Source: an uncultured Desulfobacteraceae bacterium
Lineage (GTDB): Bacteria; Desulfobacterota; Desulfobacteria; Desulfobacterales; UBA5852
Assembly (NCBI GenBank): GCA_913060875.1
Contig: CAJXSL010000021.1
Coordinates: 15,017 to 79,016, forward strand
DNA length: 64,000 bases
Direction: 5' to 3'
Both the position numbers and the translations under genes were made by a program. Below are positions 17,330 through 27,759 of the stretch, piece by piece (position 1 is the first letter of the stretch; each line of letters begins with the position of its first letter). Below the pieces are notes generated by a model, which searched no databases, was not told the origin of the DNA, and saw only the letters and a program-made list of their open reading frames with translations.

Positions 17330-17436
17330 TTTCTCCTTTCTGCTTTTCCTTTGAGCTTTCAGCTTTGAGCTCTGCCGCAGGCAGCCGCTTTGAGCTTTCA
17401 GCTTTCAGCTTCGAGCTCTGCCGCAGGCAAGAGCGC
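17330..17436 (+). repeat. CAAAGCT-family element, complementary (GAGCTTT) arm only
   Basis: The segment is ctgcttttcctttgagctttcagctttgagctctgccgcaggcagccgctttgagctttcagctttcagcttcgagctctgccgcaggca. Confidence 0.75.
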
Positions 17437-17438
17437 TT

Positions 17439-18227
17439 CTATAAGCGATGGTTGGCCTGAATGACCTGGCGGGTGGCTTGGATGAGATCGTCGAGATCTT
17501 CAGGGGATTTGCCCGTGGTCTCAATGGGATCGTCCACCACGAGTTCGATGATGCCTTTGCGGAACAATAGGCTGCCTTTGGGAAGCACACGCCGGCTGCC
17601 GTTGATGGTAATGGGCAGCAGGAGCATTTCCTGCTGCATGGCGGCGGCAAAGCCCCCTTTTTTAAAGGGACCGATGCGCCCCGTTGTCGAACGCGTCCCC
17701 TCGGCAAAACACATCACGCCGGCGCCGGCCGGCAGATTGTCCATGCCGTCCTGAATGCTGGCAACAGCGGCCTCCCGATCGGACCGATCGATAAAAATAT
17801 TGCGGGAAGATTCCAGGCAATGCCCGAAAATGGGAATGCGCAAAAGTTCCCTTTTAGCAATCCAGCGGAACTGAAGCCCCCCAAGCCCCCAGGCCAGGGC
17901 CGGCCCATCGAAGTGGGACTGGTGGTTGGCGATGATCATGTAAGCCCGCGACCGGTCGATTTTCTCACCGCCCCTGACCACCACCCGGACGCCGGTAACA
18001 CTTAAAATCAGTCCGGCCCACAACCGGGCCAGTTGAAACATGCTGTTGCCGGTTTTGCTGAACAGGGAAACCAGGGTAATGGGCGGAAAAACAAGCAGCG
18101 TGGCAATGGCCAGCCAGGTTGCCAGCCAGGTTATCTTAAGCCAGCGCAAGAAAAAACCGATGGGCGCGCTGTCGGCTTCCACCGCCGGAGAATTGATGGG
18201 CGGTATGGATGGAGCGGGCTTGGACAT
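17439..18227 (-). CDS. plsC: 1-acyl-sn-glycerol-3-phosphate acyltransferase
   Basis: 262 aa with an N-terminal TM segment. It has the NHQSHFD (HX4D) motif and an FAEGTRS block. Confidence 0.85.
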   Translation of the reverse strand: MSKPAPSIPPINSPAVEADSAPIGFFLRWLKITWLATWLAIATLLVFPPITLVSLFSKTGNSMFQLARLWAGLILSVTGVRVVVRGGEKIDRSRAYMIIANHQSHFDGPALAWGLGGLQFRWIAKRELLRIPIFGHCLESSRNIFIDRSDREAAVASIQDGMDNLPAGAGVMCFAEGTRSTTGRIGPFKKGGFAAAMQQEMLLLPITINGSRRVLPKGSLLFRKGIIELVVDDPIETTGKSPEDLDDLIQATRQVIQANHRL

Positions 18228-18353
18228 GCATCCCTCTTGGGCAAAGTCAGGTTACTTTGGATTCAACTTGATCGAATTGGGCATTGGTTTCAAGGGCTTC
18301 CATATTTTTTGACAAAAGTTTTACAATGCTGCCGGATGGGTTGCTGCGCAACC

Positions 18354-18381
18354 GTTGGAGGTTGGAGGATTGAGGAATGGG
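18354..18381 (+). repeat. GTTGGAG-type array (outer left arm)
   Basis: The array is gttggag gttggag gattgag gaatggg. Complementary units (cccctccaacctctaacgcc) lie at 18937-18956. Confidence 0.6.
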
Positions 18382-18389
18382 CGAAAAAA

Positions 18390-18775
18390 AAGTATTCACC
18401 ACAGGGACACAGAGGGGGACTATAAGCGCCAAGCTCAAAGCTCAAAGCTCCAAGCTCAAAGCTCCAAGCTCAAAGCTCCAAGCTCAAAGCTCAAAGCTCC
18501 AAGCTCCAAGCTCAAAGAAAAAATAGTGCGTATAAACAAACGTCAAGCAAAAAATTTGACTTTGAGATGAAAAAAATCGATTTGCGGATCAATAACCAAG
18601 TATTTGGCTATGAGGAATCTCCAGGTTTTCGGGTTCAGCTTTGAGCTTGAAGCTTTTGTTGCCGCAGTTCCTTTGAGCTTTGAGCTTGGCGCTTTGAGCT
18701 CTGCCAAAGGCAGTCCTTTCAGCTTGGCGCTGCTTTTCTCCGTGCCTCGAGCGCAGCGGGTGGTTAAAACTATAG
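18390..18775 (+). repeat. IVS-like CAAAGCT/CCAAGCT-arm element with an internally deleted ORF
   Basis: Components: leader gtattcaccacagggaca; mixed (CAAAGCT/CCAAGCT)n at 18430-18517; conserved module; ORF leader plus about 5 codons (gatttgcggatcaataaccaagtatttggctatgagg), then the complementary arm at 18634-18735. Confidence 0.8.
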
Positions 18776-18936
18776 TAATCAGTGAATAAGAAAACAGGCG
18801 ATTGGGTACGGATGGGAAACAGGAAATTGGAAATTAGGGAGATCGGAAACTCCAGGGAAGCAACATTAGCCAACACCATGTTTTCATAATTTTTTTACTA
18901 TTTACCTTATACTCTTTTTTCTAATTGGCTGGCATT

Positions 18937-19003
18937 CCCCTCCAACCTCTAACGCCAGAAGGCCCAAGCCCGCCAACGGGTCGCAGGCCCAATACCCAGG
19001 CCC
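18937..19003 (+). repeat. CCTCCAAC / GGCCCAA-type array (outer right arm)
   Basis: cccctccaacctctaacgccagaaggcccaagcccgccaacgggtcgcaggcccaatacccaggccc is the reverse complement of the TTGGAGG and TTGGGCC units seen at 17165-17250 and 18354-18381. Confidence 0.6.
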
Positions 19004-19593
19004 ATCCGTCGACAGCGCTGAAATGGTTTTCTCAATAGGCAGGGAATTTCTGGGCAAACAAATTCTCAATGGAAACCCAATATAAAAATATTTTTAATTA
19101 TTTCTATTAGTTATAAAATATAAAAATCTTGGCTTAACTTTTGCTAAAAGACTTTTCCGTACCGCGTTGCATCCATTTCAGCCACGGCATCGAAAGGTCT
19201 TGCATGACACCCATCCGTAGGAGTTCGGCCGGTGCGAGCGCTCCAGCGACAAATATCGTCCGCCTTCTGTCGCGCCGTGAGCCTGAGCGCTTAGAGCCCG
19301 TTCGCGACGTCCAGGTCCTGGAAAACCAATACCCCGCACCCCAATTCAGGACCATCGAGGGTTATGACCCCATGGGCGCCCCCGGCATCTACACAAGCAC
19401 AGGGGCTTGGGCGGACCTGATGATATGCCCCACCGGCCTCCTATTGAACCAATACGCATGAAACGCCCCCCCCTCAAAAATTATTCTGTCCCCGGTCTCT
19501 TTCTTTTATTGATTTTACTTGAAATTTTCTGTTTATCGACATAGTGTTTACAGGACACTCGGGTTCGGCCGTAACACGGTTGGGAGGAGGGTT

Positions 19594-20064
19594 ATGGCCA
19601 TTGATTTTGTGCATTACCACGATACGGATCTCGCCATCCACACCTGGACGGACGCATTCAACCTCAAAGGGATGTTGCGCGCCACCCGGGCCTACCTTCT
19701 GACCCCGGCCAAATTCGAGGTTCTCGACATCCGCGGCCTTAACCTGGACACGATCACCTCCATGGACCTTTTCAAACTGGCCGAGCACCTGCGTTTGGCT
19801 TACCAATCCGACCGCCACGTTCCCGGTAAAACAGCCATCGTTTACCATGAGGACGTCCCCCCCATCTACAGCAGTTCCCAACGCCTTTTCCACAGCTTTT
19901 CGATCTGGGCCAAAGAGCACCGCCTACCCCGGGATTTTGCCCTCTTCCCATCCATGGAGGATGCCATCGCCTGGCTGGGAAGCCGGGAAATACAAGCGGA
20001 TTTAACCGAGACCTTATCCTCTGATCCCCATGAAGAGAATTCCGACCAGGCCCTGACGGCCTGA
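19594..20064 (+). CDS. hypothetical protein (possibly STAS/SpoIIAA-like)
   Basis: ATG 19594 is preceded by gggaggaggg. 156 aa. No motif I can name with confidence. It lies directly upstream of a SpoIIE-type phosphatase. Confidence 0.5.
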   Translation: MAIDFVHYHDTDLAIHTWTDAFNLKGMLRATRAYLLTPAKFEVLDIRGLNLDTITSMDLFKLAEHLRLAYQSDRHVPGKTAIVYHEDVPPIYSSSQRLFHSFSIWAKEHRLPRDFALFPSMEDAIAWLGSREIQADLTETLSSDPHEENSDQALTA

Positions 20065-20125
20065 ATACCGTTTCTGGACTTCCAGCGTTTTTTCACCTCT
20101 CCACCTCGCACCCTACGGTAGGACC

Positions 20126-20329
20126 GTGGCTACGGTCTATCTTTGGGGCGGCAAGGAGCTGAATCTTGAGATCCTGAAGGCTGGGTTGGCATGGCACTAT
20201 AAGCGGTACTCAGATAGGCAGGACTATGCTGAAGCTGAGGAGATCGCCCGAAGGGCTGGGTACGGACTGTGGATTGATAGGAACCCTACGCCGCCATGGA
20301 AATGGCGGCGGGATAGGCGGAAGACGTAA
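20126..20329 (+). pseudogene. thermonuclease (SNase-like) C-terminal fragment
   Basis: 67 aa: ..ELNLEILKAGLAWHYKRYSDRQDYAEAEEIARRAGYGLWIDRNPTPPWKWRR. This matches only the last third of staphylococcal-nuclease-like proteins. The catalytic N-terminal part is absent. Confidence 0.55.
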
Positions 20330-20371
20330 GGGTTTCACGGAATGATCTGATCACTATAAGAGGAGGGATCT

Positions 20372-21745
20372 ATGCGCACTGCCATAGTGAACTATCTAAA
20401 AAAGGTTAGAGAAATTCCTGAAGGTAAATTCCCCCCTGTATATTATACCCCTCCGATGTTACGCATGTTTATCTTTGGTACTTTCGTCTACCCTCTCGGG
20501 TTTGCAACACATGCGTTATTCCTCGTCGTTTTTGCATTCCTCGGTGTAAAGTGGTTAGCGCTTTTTAACATCCTGAGCGTAACAATGTGGGCAACTTCTT
20601 TCTTCTTGCACCGGAATGGATATTTCAATCTTGGCTTTGCCATAGTAACCATTGAAGTCATTGCCCATGCTGGATTATGCGTCATTTTTCTTGGGTGGGC
20701 TGCCGGTTTTCAATTCTATTTAGTGCCCATTCCAGTTGTTGTATTTTTTACCCACTGGCACACGTCTCGCAAAGCATTAATTGCCCTTTTATTTTGTGTC
20801 TCGTTCGTTTTAATGCACTACTATATTCGACCATTGAAACCGATCGTTGAGCTTGATCCTATATATCTCTCCTTCCTTTACTACGGCAACTATTTTTCGG
20901 TAAGTTTTGTATTCGCGACCTTTAGCTACTCGTTCTATATCGCGACTATCAGTGCCGAAGAGAAGCTTGAAACAGCGCACCACAGAACAAATAGCGTTCT
21001 AAAGCAACTCAATGGAGAACTGTCAGAAGCAGCGGGATACGTCAAAAAAATCTTGCCACAACCCGTTACAAAAGGGTCTATAAGGACAAACTGGCGCTTT
21101 ATTCCTTCAACCTCATTGGGTGGAGATGCATTTGGGTACCACAAAGTTGATGAGGACCATTTCGCGGTCTATTTGATAGACGTTAGTGGTCATGGTGTAG
21201 GGGCTGCTTTGCTTTCAGTGTCTGTAATCAACATGCTGCGCTCTCAATCGCTACCGAGTACTGATTTCAAAGATCCCCAGCAGGTCTTGCAAGCTCTTAA
21301 TCTTGCCTTCCCGAGTGAATCCCACAAAGACATGTTTTTCACCATCTGGTATGGCGTTTACAATCTCAACACTCGGGAATTAACATATGCAAGTGCGGGG
21401 CATCCTCCTGCAATTTTATGCAGCGATGCGACCTCATCAGATTGTAAGATTGATCTGCTCAAGACTCCCAATTTTGTAGTTGGTGCGATTGGTGAGGCTG
21501 CTTACAACAAGAGTAAATGCAATGTCGAGAAGGGGGGCACTCTATACATCTTTTCCGACGGAGTCTACGAAGTTGAGAAATCCGATGGATCAATGTGGTG
21601 CTTTAAAGAGTTCGCTGAGTACCTCAAAACGATCAAACTCGAAAATAAGCCCATCCTTGATCGACTGTATGAATATGCCAGAAACCTCGGTAAATCTGAC
21701 CGTTTTGAAGATGACTTTACGATTTTGGAGGTTGCCTTCGTATAA
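20372..21745 (+). CDS. membrane-anchored PP2C/SpoIIE-family serine phosphatase
   Basis: 457 aa. About 190-aa N-terminal polytopic domain. The C-terminal part reads SLGGDAFGYHKVDEDHFAVYLIDVSGHGVGAALLS..YASAGHPP..LYIFSDGVYE. RBS aggaggg upstream. The region is AT-richer than its flanks. Confidence 0.85.
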   Translation: MRTAIVNYLKKVREIPEGKFPPVYYTPPMLRMFIFGTFVYPLGFATHALFLVVFAFLGVKWLALFNILSVTMWATSFFLHRNGYFNLGFAIVTIEVIAHAGLCVIFLGWAAGFQFYLVPIPVVVFFTHWHTSRKALIALLFCVSFVLMHYYIRPLKPIVELDPIYLSFLYYGNYFSVSFVFATFSYSFYIATISAEEKLETAHHRTNSVLKQLNGELSEAAGYVKKILPQPVTKGSIRTNWRFIPSTSLGGDAFGYHKVDEDHFAVYLIDVSGHGVGAALLSVSVINMLRSQSLPSTDFKDPQQVLQALNLAFPSESHKDMFFTIWYGVYNLNTRELTYASAGHPPAILCSDATSSDCKIDLLKTPNFVVGAIGEAAYNKSKCNVEKGGTLYIFSDGVYEVEKSDGSMWCFKEFAEYLKTIKLENKPILDRLYEYARNLGKSDRFEDDFTILEVAFV

Positions 21746-21789
21746 CACCACCCCGGTACTCGGGTTAACACCCTCGTGCCGTTAGTACG

Positions 21790-21957
21790 CCACCGGAATG
21801 TCCGCAGGACGTTCTCGCCGTCTTGTCGGACGATAACAGGTATTTTCTGGGTCGGAGCTACATTGTAGTTTGGGGACAGGATGGCTTCGACCCGGTGGAT
21901 GGGGTAGTGCTCCCGAAGCGCTTCGATATTCCGATATCCCACGAATCGTCCGCACAC
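21790..21957 (-). pseudogene. SOS-response-associated peptidase (SRAP/YedK) 5' fragment
   Basis: A GTG start gives (M)CGRFVGYRNIEALREHYP..LSPNYNVAPTQKIPVIVRQDGENVLRTFRW. This has the canonical MCGRF N-terminus and NVAPTQ motif. Similarity is lost after about 56 codons, and the frame runs into the 3' end of the phosphatase gene. Confidence 0.6.
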
Positions 21958-22301
21958 AAAGGTGCCTCCTGAGGGTTCGATTAGATCCTGCTGGTCAAGA
22001 TAAGGATGATGATATTGGATGTGACACACAGTGTTCAAGAAAAATGGGGGGAATCCGTGTGCGATATCCTATATGGTGGGGTGGTATGGTTTCCCCGGAT
22101 GGGGGTACCGGGTGACACCTCCCCCGCCCCCCCTTTTTATTTAAGACGATGCATTAAAAAGCGCTTGGCACGTCCGATTTGAATGATGTGGTATCAGAGG
22201 TCCGAAAAAGCAAGGTTCAACCAGTGTGGGACTATAGTGGGACAGAATGGCTTTCAAACAAAAATAGGTCACAGCTAAGTGCTGTAACCCATTGATTTTA
22301 A

Positions 22302-22379
<78 letters not shown>

Positions 22380-22610
22380 AACGTGTTGTGAATTCAACGA
22401 AGAGCTTCATAAGCCAATCCCCGTTCGATGTCAACGACAAATTGGCATTTGTTCCCTAACGGCATCTTCCCATCTTTCGGACCCGAAGGCCCCGCCCTTG
22501 TGCGGTCAAACCGTCCATCAACCTGATCCATATCATTTGCGTTCTTGCCTATTCGTCAATAATCCTCTATTAGAGTCGGGTTCATCCGAATTGACAGTCC
22601 CATCGAAGGT

Positions 22611-23075
22611 ATGGATAAAAACCGACATCATATCGACTGCATGCGTATGGCCCTGGAAGAGGCCCGCCAAGCCGCTGAAGAGCAGGAAGTCCCTGTGGGG
22701 GCGGTGCTGGTTGCCGAGGATGGCGATATCCTGGCCAGGACCCACAACCGCACCATTGGCGACAATGATCCCACCGCCCATGCCGAGATATTGGCCATCC
22801 GACAGGCAGCGGTACGTCTGCAAAACTACCGGTTGTTAAACACATCCCTCTATGTTACGGTCGAACCTTGCCTGATGTGCATGGGCGCCATCATACATGC
22901 GCGGATCCAGCGGGTTTTTTTTGGAACCCGGGATCCCAAATGGGGCGCCGCAGGATCTCTATACAACCTTGGCGAAGACCGCCGGCTGAACCATCACCCT
23001 GAAATTATGGAAGGTCTGCTGCTGGATGAATGCCGTAATTTAATCCAGGGGTTTTTCCGTGCGCGCCGCCGCTGA
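22611..23075 (+). CDS. tadA: tRNA adenosine(34) deaminase
   Basis: It has the motifs VPVGAVLV, DPTAHAEILAIR and TVEPCLMCMGAI (the CDA zinc motifs HAE / PCxxC). 154 aa. Confidence 0.9.
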   Translation: MDKNRHHIDCMRMALEEARQAAEEQEVPVGAVLVAEDGDILARTHNRTIGDNDPTAHAEILAIRQAAVRLQNYRLLNTSLYVTVEPCLMCMGAIIHARIQRVFFGTRDPKWGAAGSLYNLGEDRRLNHHPEIMEGLLLDECRNLIQGFFRARRR

Positions 23076-23113
23076 TGCTGTCATCTAAAATACGCCTGCG
23101 GCAGCGATACTAA

Positions 23114-24430
<1,317 letters not shown>

Positions 24431-24508
24431 CGGCCTGCGGCAGGTCGCCAAGCTGAACGCTCTTATAAAAAAAGGGCCTGCTGCAGTGGTCGTTTTGGGT
24501 ATTTCGAT

Positions 24509-24558
24509 GTCGACGCGAAGCGTCGCCCTTTCAGCTTGACGCTTTGAGCTTGGTGCTT
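24509..24558 (+). repeat. CAAAGCT-family fragment (complementary arm) with a CGACGCGAAGCGTCG hairpin
   Basis: The fragment is gtcgacgcgaagcgtcgccctttcagcttgacgctttgagcttggtgc. The same hairpin plus ctttcagcttgg occurs at 17078-17110. Confidence 0.7.
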
Positions 24559-24690
24559 TTTCCATGAATGATTAAACCGGCACCAGCCGGCGGCTTCGCT
24601 CAAAGGGAATTTAAACGAAACATCCATCCCAACTATCGGGAAAAACTGATTGACTTTTTAAGCCGTCTGCAATATTGAACCTTTTCTTGT

Positions 24691-24767
24691 CGGGAAGTGG
24701 CTCAGCCTGGTAGAGCACAGCGTTCGGGACGCTGGGGTCGCTGGTTCAAATCCAGTCTTCCCGACCA
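24691..24767 (+). tRNA. tRNA-Pro (anticodon CGG)
   Basis: CGGGAAGTGGCTCAGCCTGGTAGAGCACAGCGTTCGGGACGCTGGGGTCGCTGGTTCAAATCCAGTCTTCCCGACCA. The anticodon arm is CAGCG-TTCGGGA-CGCTG. Confidence 0.9.
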
Positions 24768-24780
24768 CAATTACCAACCT

Positions 24781-24817
24781 AAGGTCGATTCGTCATAGCG
24801 GATCGACCTTCTTTTTT
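24781..24817 (+). terminator. rho-independent terminator after tRNA-Pro
   Basis: aaggtcgat-(12 nt loop)-atcgacctt, followed by cttttttg. Confidence 0.65.
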
Positions 24818-24852
24818 GAAAGCATGCGACCAATTTGCCCCCGCGAGGAAAT

Positions 24853-25311
24853 ATGACGGAAGACAACTTTACCTATGAAGTTCGCTGCGAAACCTGCCGC
24901 AGCCGATTTAAAGTTCAACTTTTCGAAAGTCACGAAAGAAACCTGTTTCTGGTGGACAAAAAAGACTGGTATTGCGATAAATGCAAAACCGCCTATGCCC
25001 GCCGGCAAACCGCCCAATTGTCCCAGGCCCACCAGGAAATCGGATTTCCGGAACTGACCGGCTCAGCTAAAATGCTCACCTGGGCTGAAAAAGTTCGTGC
25101 CGAATTGATCAACAAGGTCAACTACCTCAAGCAGAATATCACCCACGCCGATGCTGCGGCCGAAAAACTAAGCAATGACGCTTTCGATAGCTTTTTCATG
25201 GAATGGCAGGCCCAAACCAGCGCCAAGTGGTGGATCGACAACCGCCGCATGACCGTGCGCGATATTTCCAAACGCATCGCGGAAATCTCCGCATCGCTCA
25301 AAAAATCTTGA
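24853..25311 (+). CDS. hypothetical zinc-ribbon protein
   Basis: ATG 24853 follows gaggaaat. It has CETC...CDKC cysteine pairs. No recognisable family. Confidence 0.55.
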   Translation: MTEDNFTYEVRCETCRSRFKVQLFESHERNLFLVDKKDWYCDKCKTAYARRQTAQLSQAHQEIGFPELTGSAKMLTWAEKVRAELINKVNYLKQNITHADAAAEKLSNDAFDSFFMEWQAQTSAKWWIDNRRMTVRDISKRIAEISASLKKS

Positions 25312-25390
25312 CCTCGCCGTGTGATCGCACTATAAATCGCCGTAAAGTTTATGCACTATATCCCAATACCCTTTCACCGGAGGCACAATC

Positions 25391-25822
25391 ATGGCGCCCA
25401 TAAATAATACATCCGAATTAGAGGCCCTGCTCGACGCATGGTCGGATCCTGCGTCGCAGACCAAGACGACATTTCTGGAACTGAAAAAACACCTCGCCAG
25501 CAAACCGGAGGTGGAACTCGACTTTGTGGCGCGCCCCGGCGTGACCTACTCCCTGCGGGCCAAACATGTGCGTCAGAACAAACGCCCCCTATTCGCCATG
25601 GTCGATATCATCGATGACGATCCGGACGACCGCTGGCTCTCGGTCTGCTTTTTCGGCGAAATGATTACCGATCCCGATGAAATCGGTGATTTTGTCCCCG
25701 AGGGTCTGATGGGAGAGGATGCCCATTGCTTCGACATCGAAGAGCGCAATGAACGCCTCAATCAATACGTGACCATGCGCCTCGACGAGGCCTATGGGAG
25801 TGCCGCGGCGGGAGAAGCCTAG
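25391..25822 (+). CDS. hypothetical protein
   Basis: 143-aa ORF with typical local codon usage. RBS ggagg upstream. No family recognised. Confidence 0.55.
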   Translation: MAPINNTSELEALLDAWSDPASQTKTTFLELKKHLASKPEVELDFVARPGVTYSLRAKHVRQNKRPLFAMVDIIDDDPDDRWLSVCFFGEMITDPDEIGDFVPEGLMGEDAHCFDIEERNERLNQYVTMRLDEAYGSAAAGEA

Positions 25823-25834
25823 CGGCTAAGAAAG

Positions 25835-26460
25835 GCAGCGCCAAGCTCAAAGCGTCAAGCTGAAAGGACTGCCTTTGGCAGAGCTCAAAGCGGCAAGCTC
25901 AAAGCTGAAAGCCCAAAGCTCAAAGGGACGGCAATAACAAGAAGCGTGAAGCCCAAAGCTGAAAGCTCAAAGGAACTTCCTAAAATCGTAAAGCGCGAAG
26001 GAAAACAAACAAGCTCATTCCGTTCGAAGAGAATTGATAAGCCCTTTGATCATGGCGGCGATCTCTATGGCTTCGGATTTCAGTTCCGAATAGGTATTCG
26101 TGGGTATCCAGGCTTTACGATGAAAAATTTCCAGCAGAGTGGTGGTTTCGTATAGGCTGCCCCTGGCAATGCAGCAAAAATGTTTGAATTCTTTTCTGGA
26201 AAATCGACCTTTGCCTTCGGCTATGTTCATCGCAACACTTGTCGAGGAGGCTTCGATTTGCTCGATCAAACGATAATGCTGCCGGCCCGGTGTCAATGCT
26301 CTCCGATGCGTCGATAACCATGACGGCAAATGAGACCGCACGATCCCATACTTTCAACTCTTCATATCCAAACTGTTGCATAGCTCTACCCTAGTCGCTG
26401 ATTGCTCCAAGGTCTTAATGGTTTTCCTTTCAGCTTTCAGCTTTGAGCTTTGAGGCTTCA
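25835..26460 (-). repeat. IVS-like CAAAGCT-arm element, inverted orientation, carrying a frameshifted ORF
   Basis: 25835-26010 is the mirror of the right arm of the 13340-14030 copy (..ggaacttcctaaaatcgtaaagcgcgaaggaaaacaaacaagc). 26425-26455 is the mirror of the left arm (cctttcagctttcagctttgagctttgagg). Confidence 0.8.
26015..26381 (-). pseudogene. four-helix-bundle protein paralog with a +1 frameshift
   Basis: MQQFGYEELKVWDRAVSFAVMVIDASESIDTG (frame A) and RQHYRLIEQIEASSTSVAMNIAEGKGRF..INSLRTE (frame B) are separated by one extra base. The plus-strand ccc at 26286-26288 corresponds to cc at the aligned position of the intact 7565 copy. Confidence 0.8.
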
Positions 26461-27759
26461 CGTCGACAGCAGGTAAGTCCTCAAATTGGTACCGGTGCGG
26501 TGCAGCCCCAGTTTGCGTCTTATATTAAGCCGATGCATATCCACCGTGCGGGTGGAAATATTCAATACCGACGCGATCTCTTTGGTGGTCCGGCCGTATT
26601 TGACCAGATTGGCGACTTCGATTTCACCGGGGGTCAACAGCATCAAACGCGGTGAAAGCCCCTTGTTATAGGGGGCGGTCATCTCTTTCAGATTCGCGGA
26701 TAGTAGATCCACATAAATTTTTTGCCGGTCATTCAACCCGCTAGTGCGAAGTTTGTCCATGATCGGATCGATCAGTTGATGCAAGCCCTTCGCAAAAGCA
26801 TTTTTTAATTCCGCTTTGTCGCTTTCACGCATATCCACCAGTTTCCGCAAGGCGGTATTCATTTTTTCCAACTGCTCGTTTTTCTTCTGAAGTTCTTCTT
26901 CCCTTTGGTGCAGCAGGTTCTCAGCTTCTTTTTTGGCGGTAATGTCAGTGATGATAGCAAAACTTATATCCGAACCTCCGTCGACATTGGAAAGTATCTG
27001 CGGTGAGATAATGCTGAATTTCGGCTCATCCTTTTTGCTTTTCCAGCGGATTTCAAACGCATGGCGTAAATTGCGCCCCTGCCCTGTCAGCCGTTGATAT
27101 ATCAGTTTCGATACATCCGGCGGTAAAAAATCCTGAACTTTGCGTCCGATGAGTTCATCGGAGCGGTAGCCGCTGATATTCTCGAGGTGTTGATTAACGT
27201 AAAGGATCCGCCCATCGTTATCCAGGATAATCAACCCCTCCTTCATGGTTTCCACGAGCCGCCGAAACCGCTTTTCGCTTTCTTCGAGCGCTATCAAGGT
27301 TTGCTTATGTTCATTGATGTTGTAAACCACAACTGACGCACCCCGTACGCTGTCGTTTTCAAAGAAATATTGGACCTCGAACTGGGCCCATAGGGTACGG
27401 CCATCCTTGATCCTTATCTGGTACTGAACACGGCTGGGAACAATTTCACCGCGTTGTATCTTTTCGAAGCGTTCAAGAAAATCATTAAGACTGACCTCGG
27501 TCAGAAATGCGGTCATTGGCATGGACAAAAATTCTTCACGCGTGTAGCCGGTAAAATCCAGAATTGAGCGGTTTACCGAGACACATCTTCCGCTGGCCAT
27601 ATCGATTTGATACATCCCCACGGGTGCATTATCAAAAAGTCGGCGATAGCTTTCCGCCACTGAAACGTTCTGTTGTACGGCACCGCGTAACGACCTGTTC
27701 TCCGATTCAAGTTCCTTCAAGCGGCTTGTAAGGGCGCTATGTTCCGCGTCATTCGCCAT
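26458..27759 (-). CDS. PAS-domain LuxR-family transcriptional regulator
   Basis: It has a coiled-coil, two PAS-like modules and a C-terminal HTH (LTPGEIEVANLVKYGRTTKEIASVLNISTRTVDMHRLNIRRKLG). The start is taken at ATG 27759 (MANDAEH..). The longer ORF, open to 28029, overlaps the upstream gene. Confidence 0.8.
   Translation of the reverse strand: MANDAEHSALTSRLKELESENRSLRGAVQQNVSVAESYRRLFDNAPVGMYQIDMASGRCVSVNRSILDFTGYTREEFLSMPMTAFLTEVSLNDFLERFEKIQRGEIVPSRVQYQIRIKDGRTLWAQFEVQYFFENDSVRGASVVVYNINEHKQTLIALEESEKRFRRLVETMKEGLIILDNDGRILYVNQHLENISGYRSDELIGRKVQDFLPPDVSKLIYQRLTGQGRNLRHAFEIRWKSKKDEPKFSIISPQILSNVDGGSDISFAIITDITAKKEAENLLHQREEELQKKNEQLEKMNTALRKLVDMRESDKAELKNAFAKGLHQLIDPIMDKLRTSGLNDRQKIYVDLLSANLKEMTAPYNKGLSPRLMLLTPGEIEVANLVKYGRTTKEIASVLNISTRTVDMHRLNIRRKLGLHRTGTNLRTYLLST

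Noticed and set aside
17439-18429. 9-bp direct repeat CTATAAGCG on both sides of plsC (17439-17447 and 18420-18428) as a possible target-site duplication
   Set aside because: It is too short to exclude chance. It flanks a housekeeping gene lying between two different elements rather than flanking one element.
19134-19470. ORFs 19141-19461 (+) and 19134-19355 (-), and a minus-strand frame reading ..VITLDGPELGCGVLVFQDLDVANGL*ALRLTARQKADDI..RPFDAVAEMDATRYGKVF
   Set aside because: None has a recognisable motif or RBS, and the most protein-like frame contains an internal TAA. This is probably a gene remnant, but I cannot assign it. It is mentioned only as part of the degraded islet.
22170-22195. 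TGGCAC at 22176 (gcttggcacgtccgatttgaatg) as a sigma-54 promoter
   Set aside because: The -12 position has TT instead of GC at the required GG-N10-GC spacing, and no gene follows in that orientation before the tRNA.
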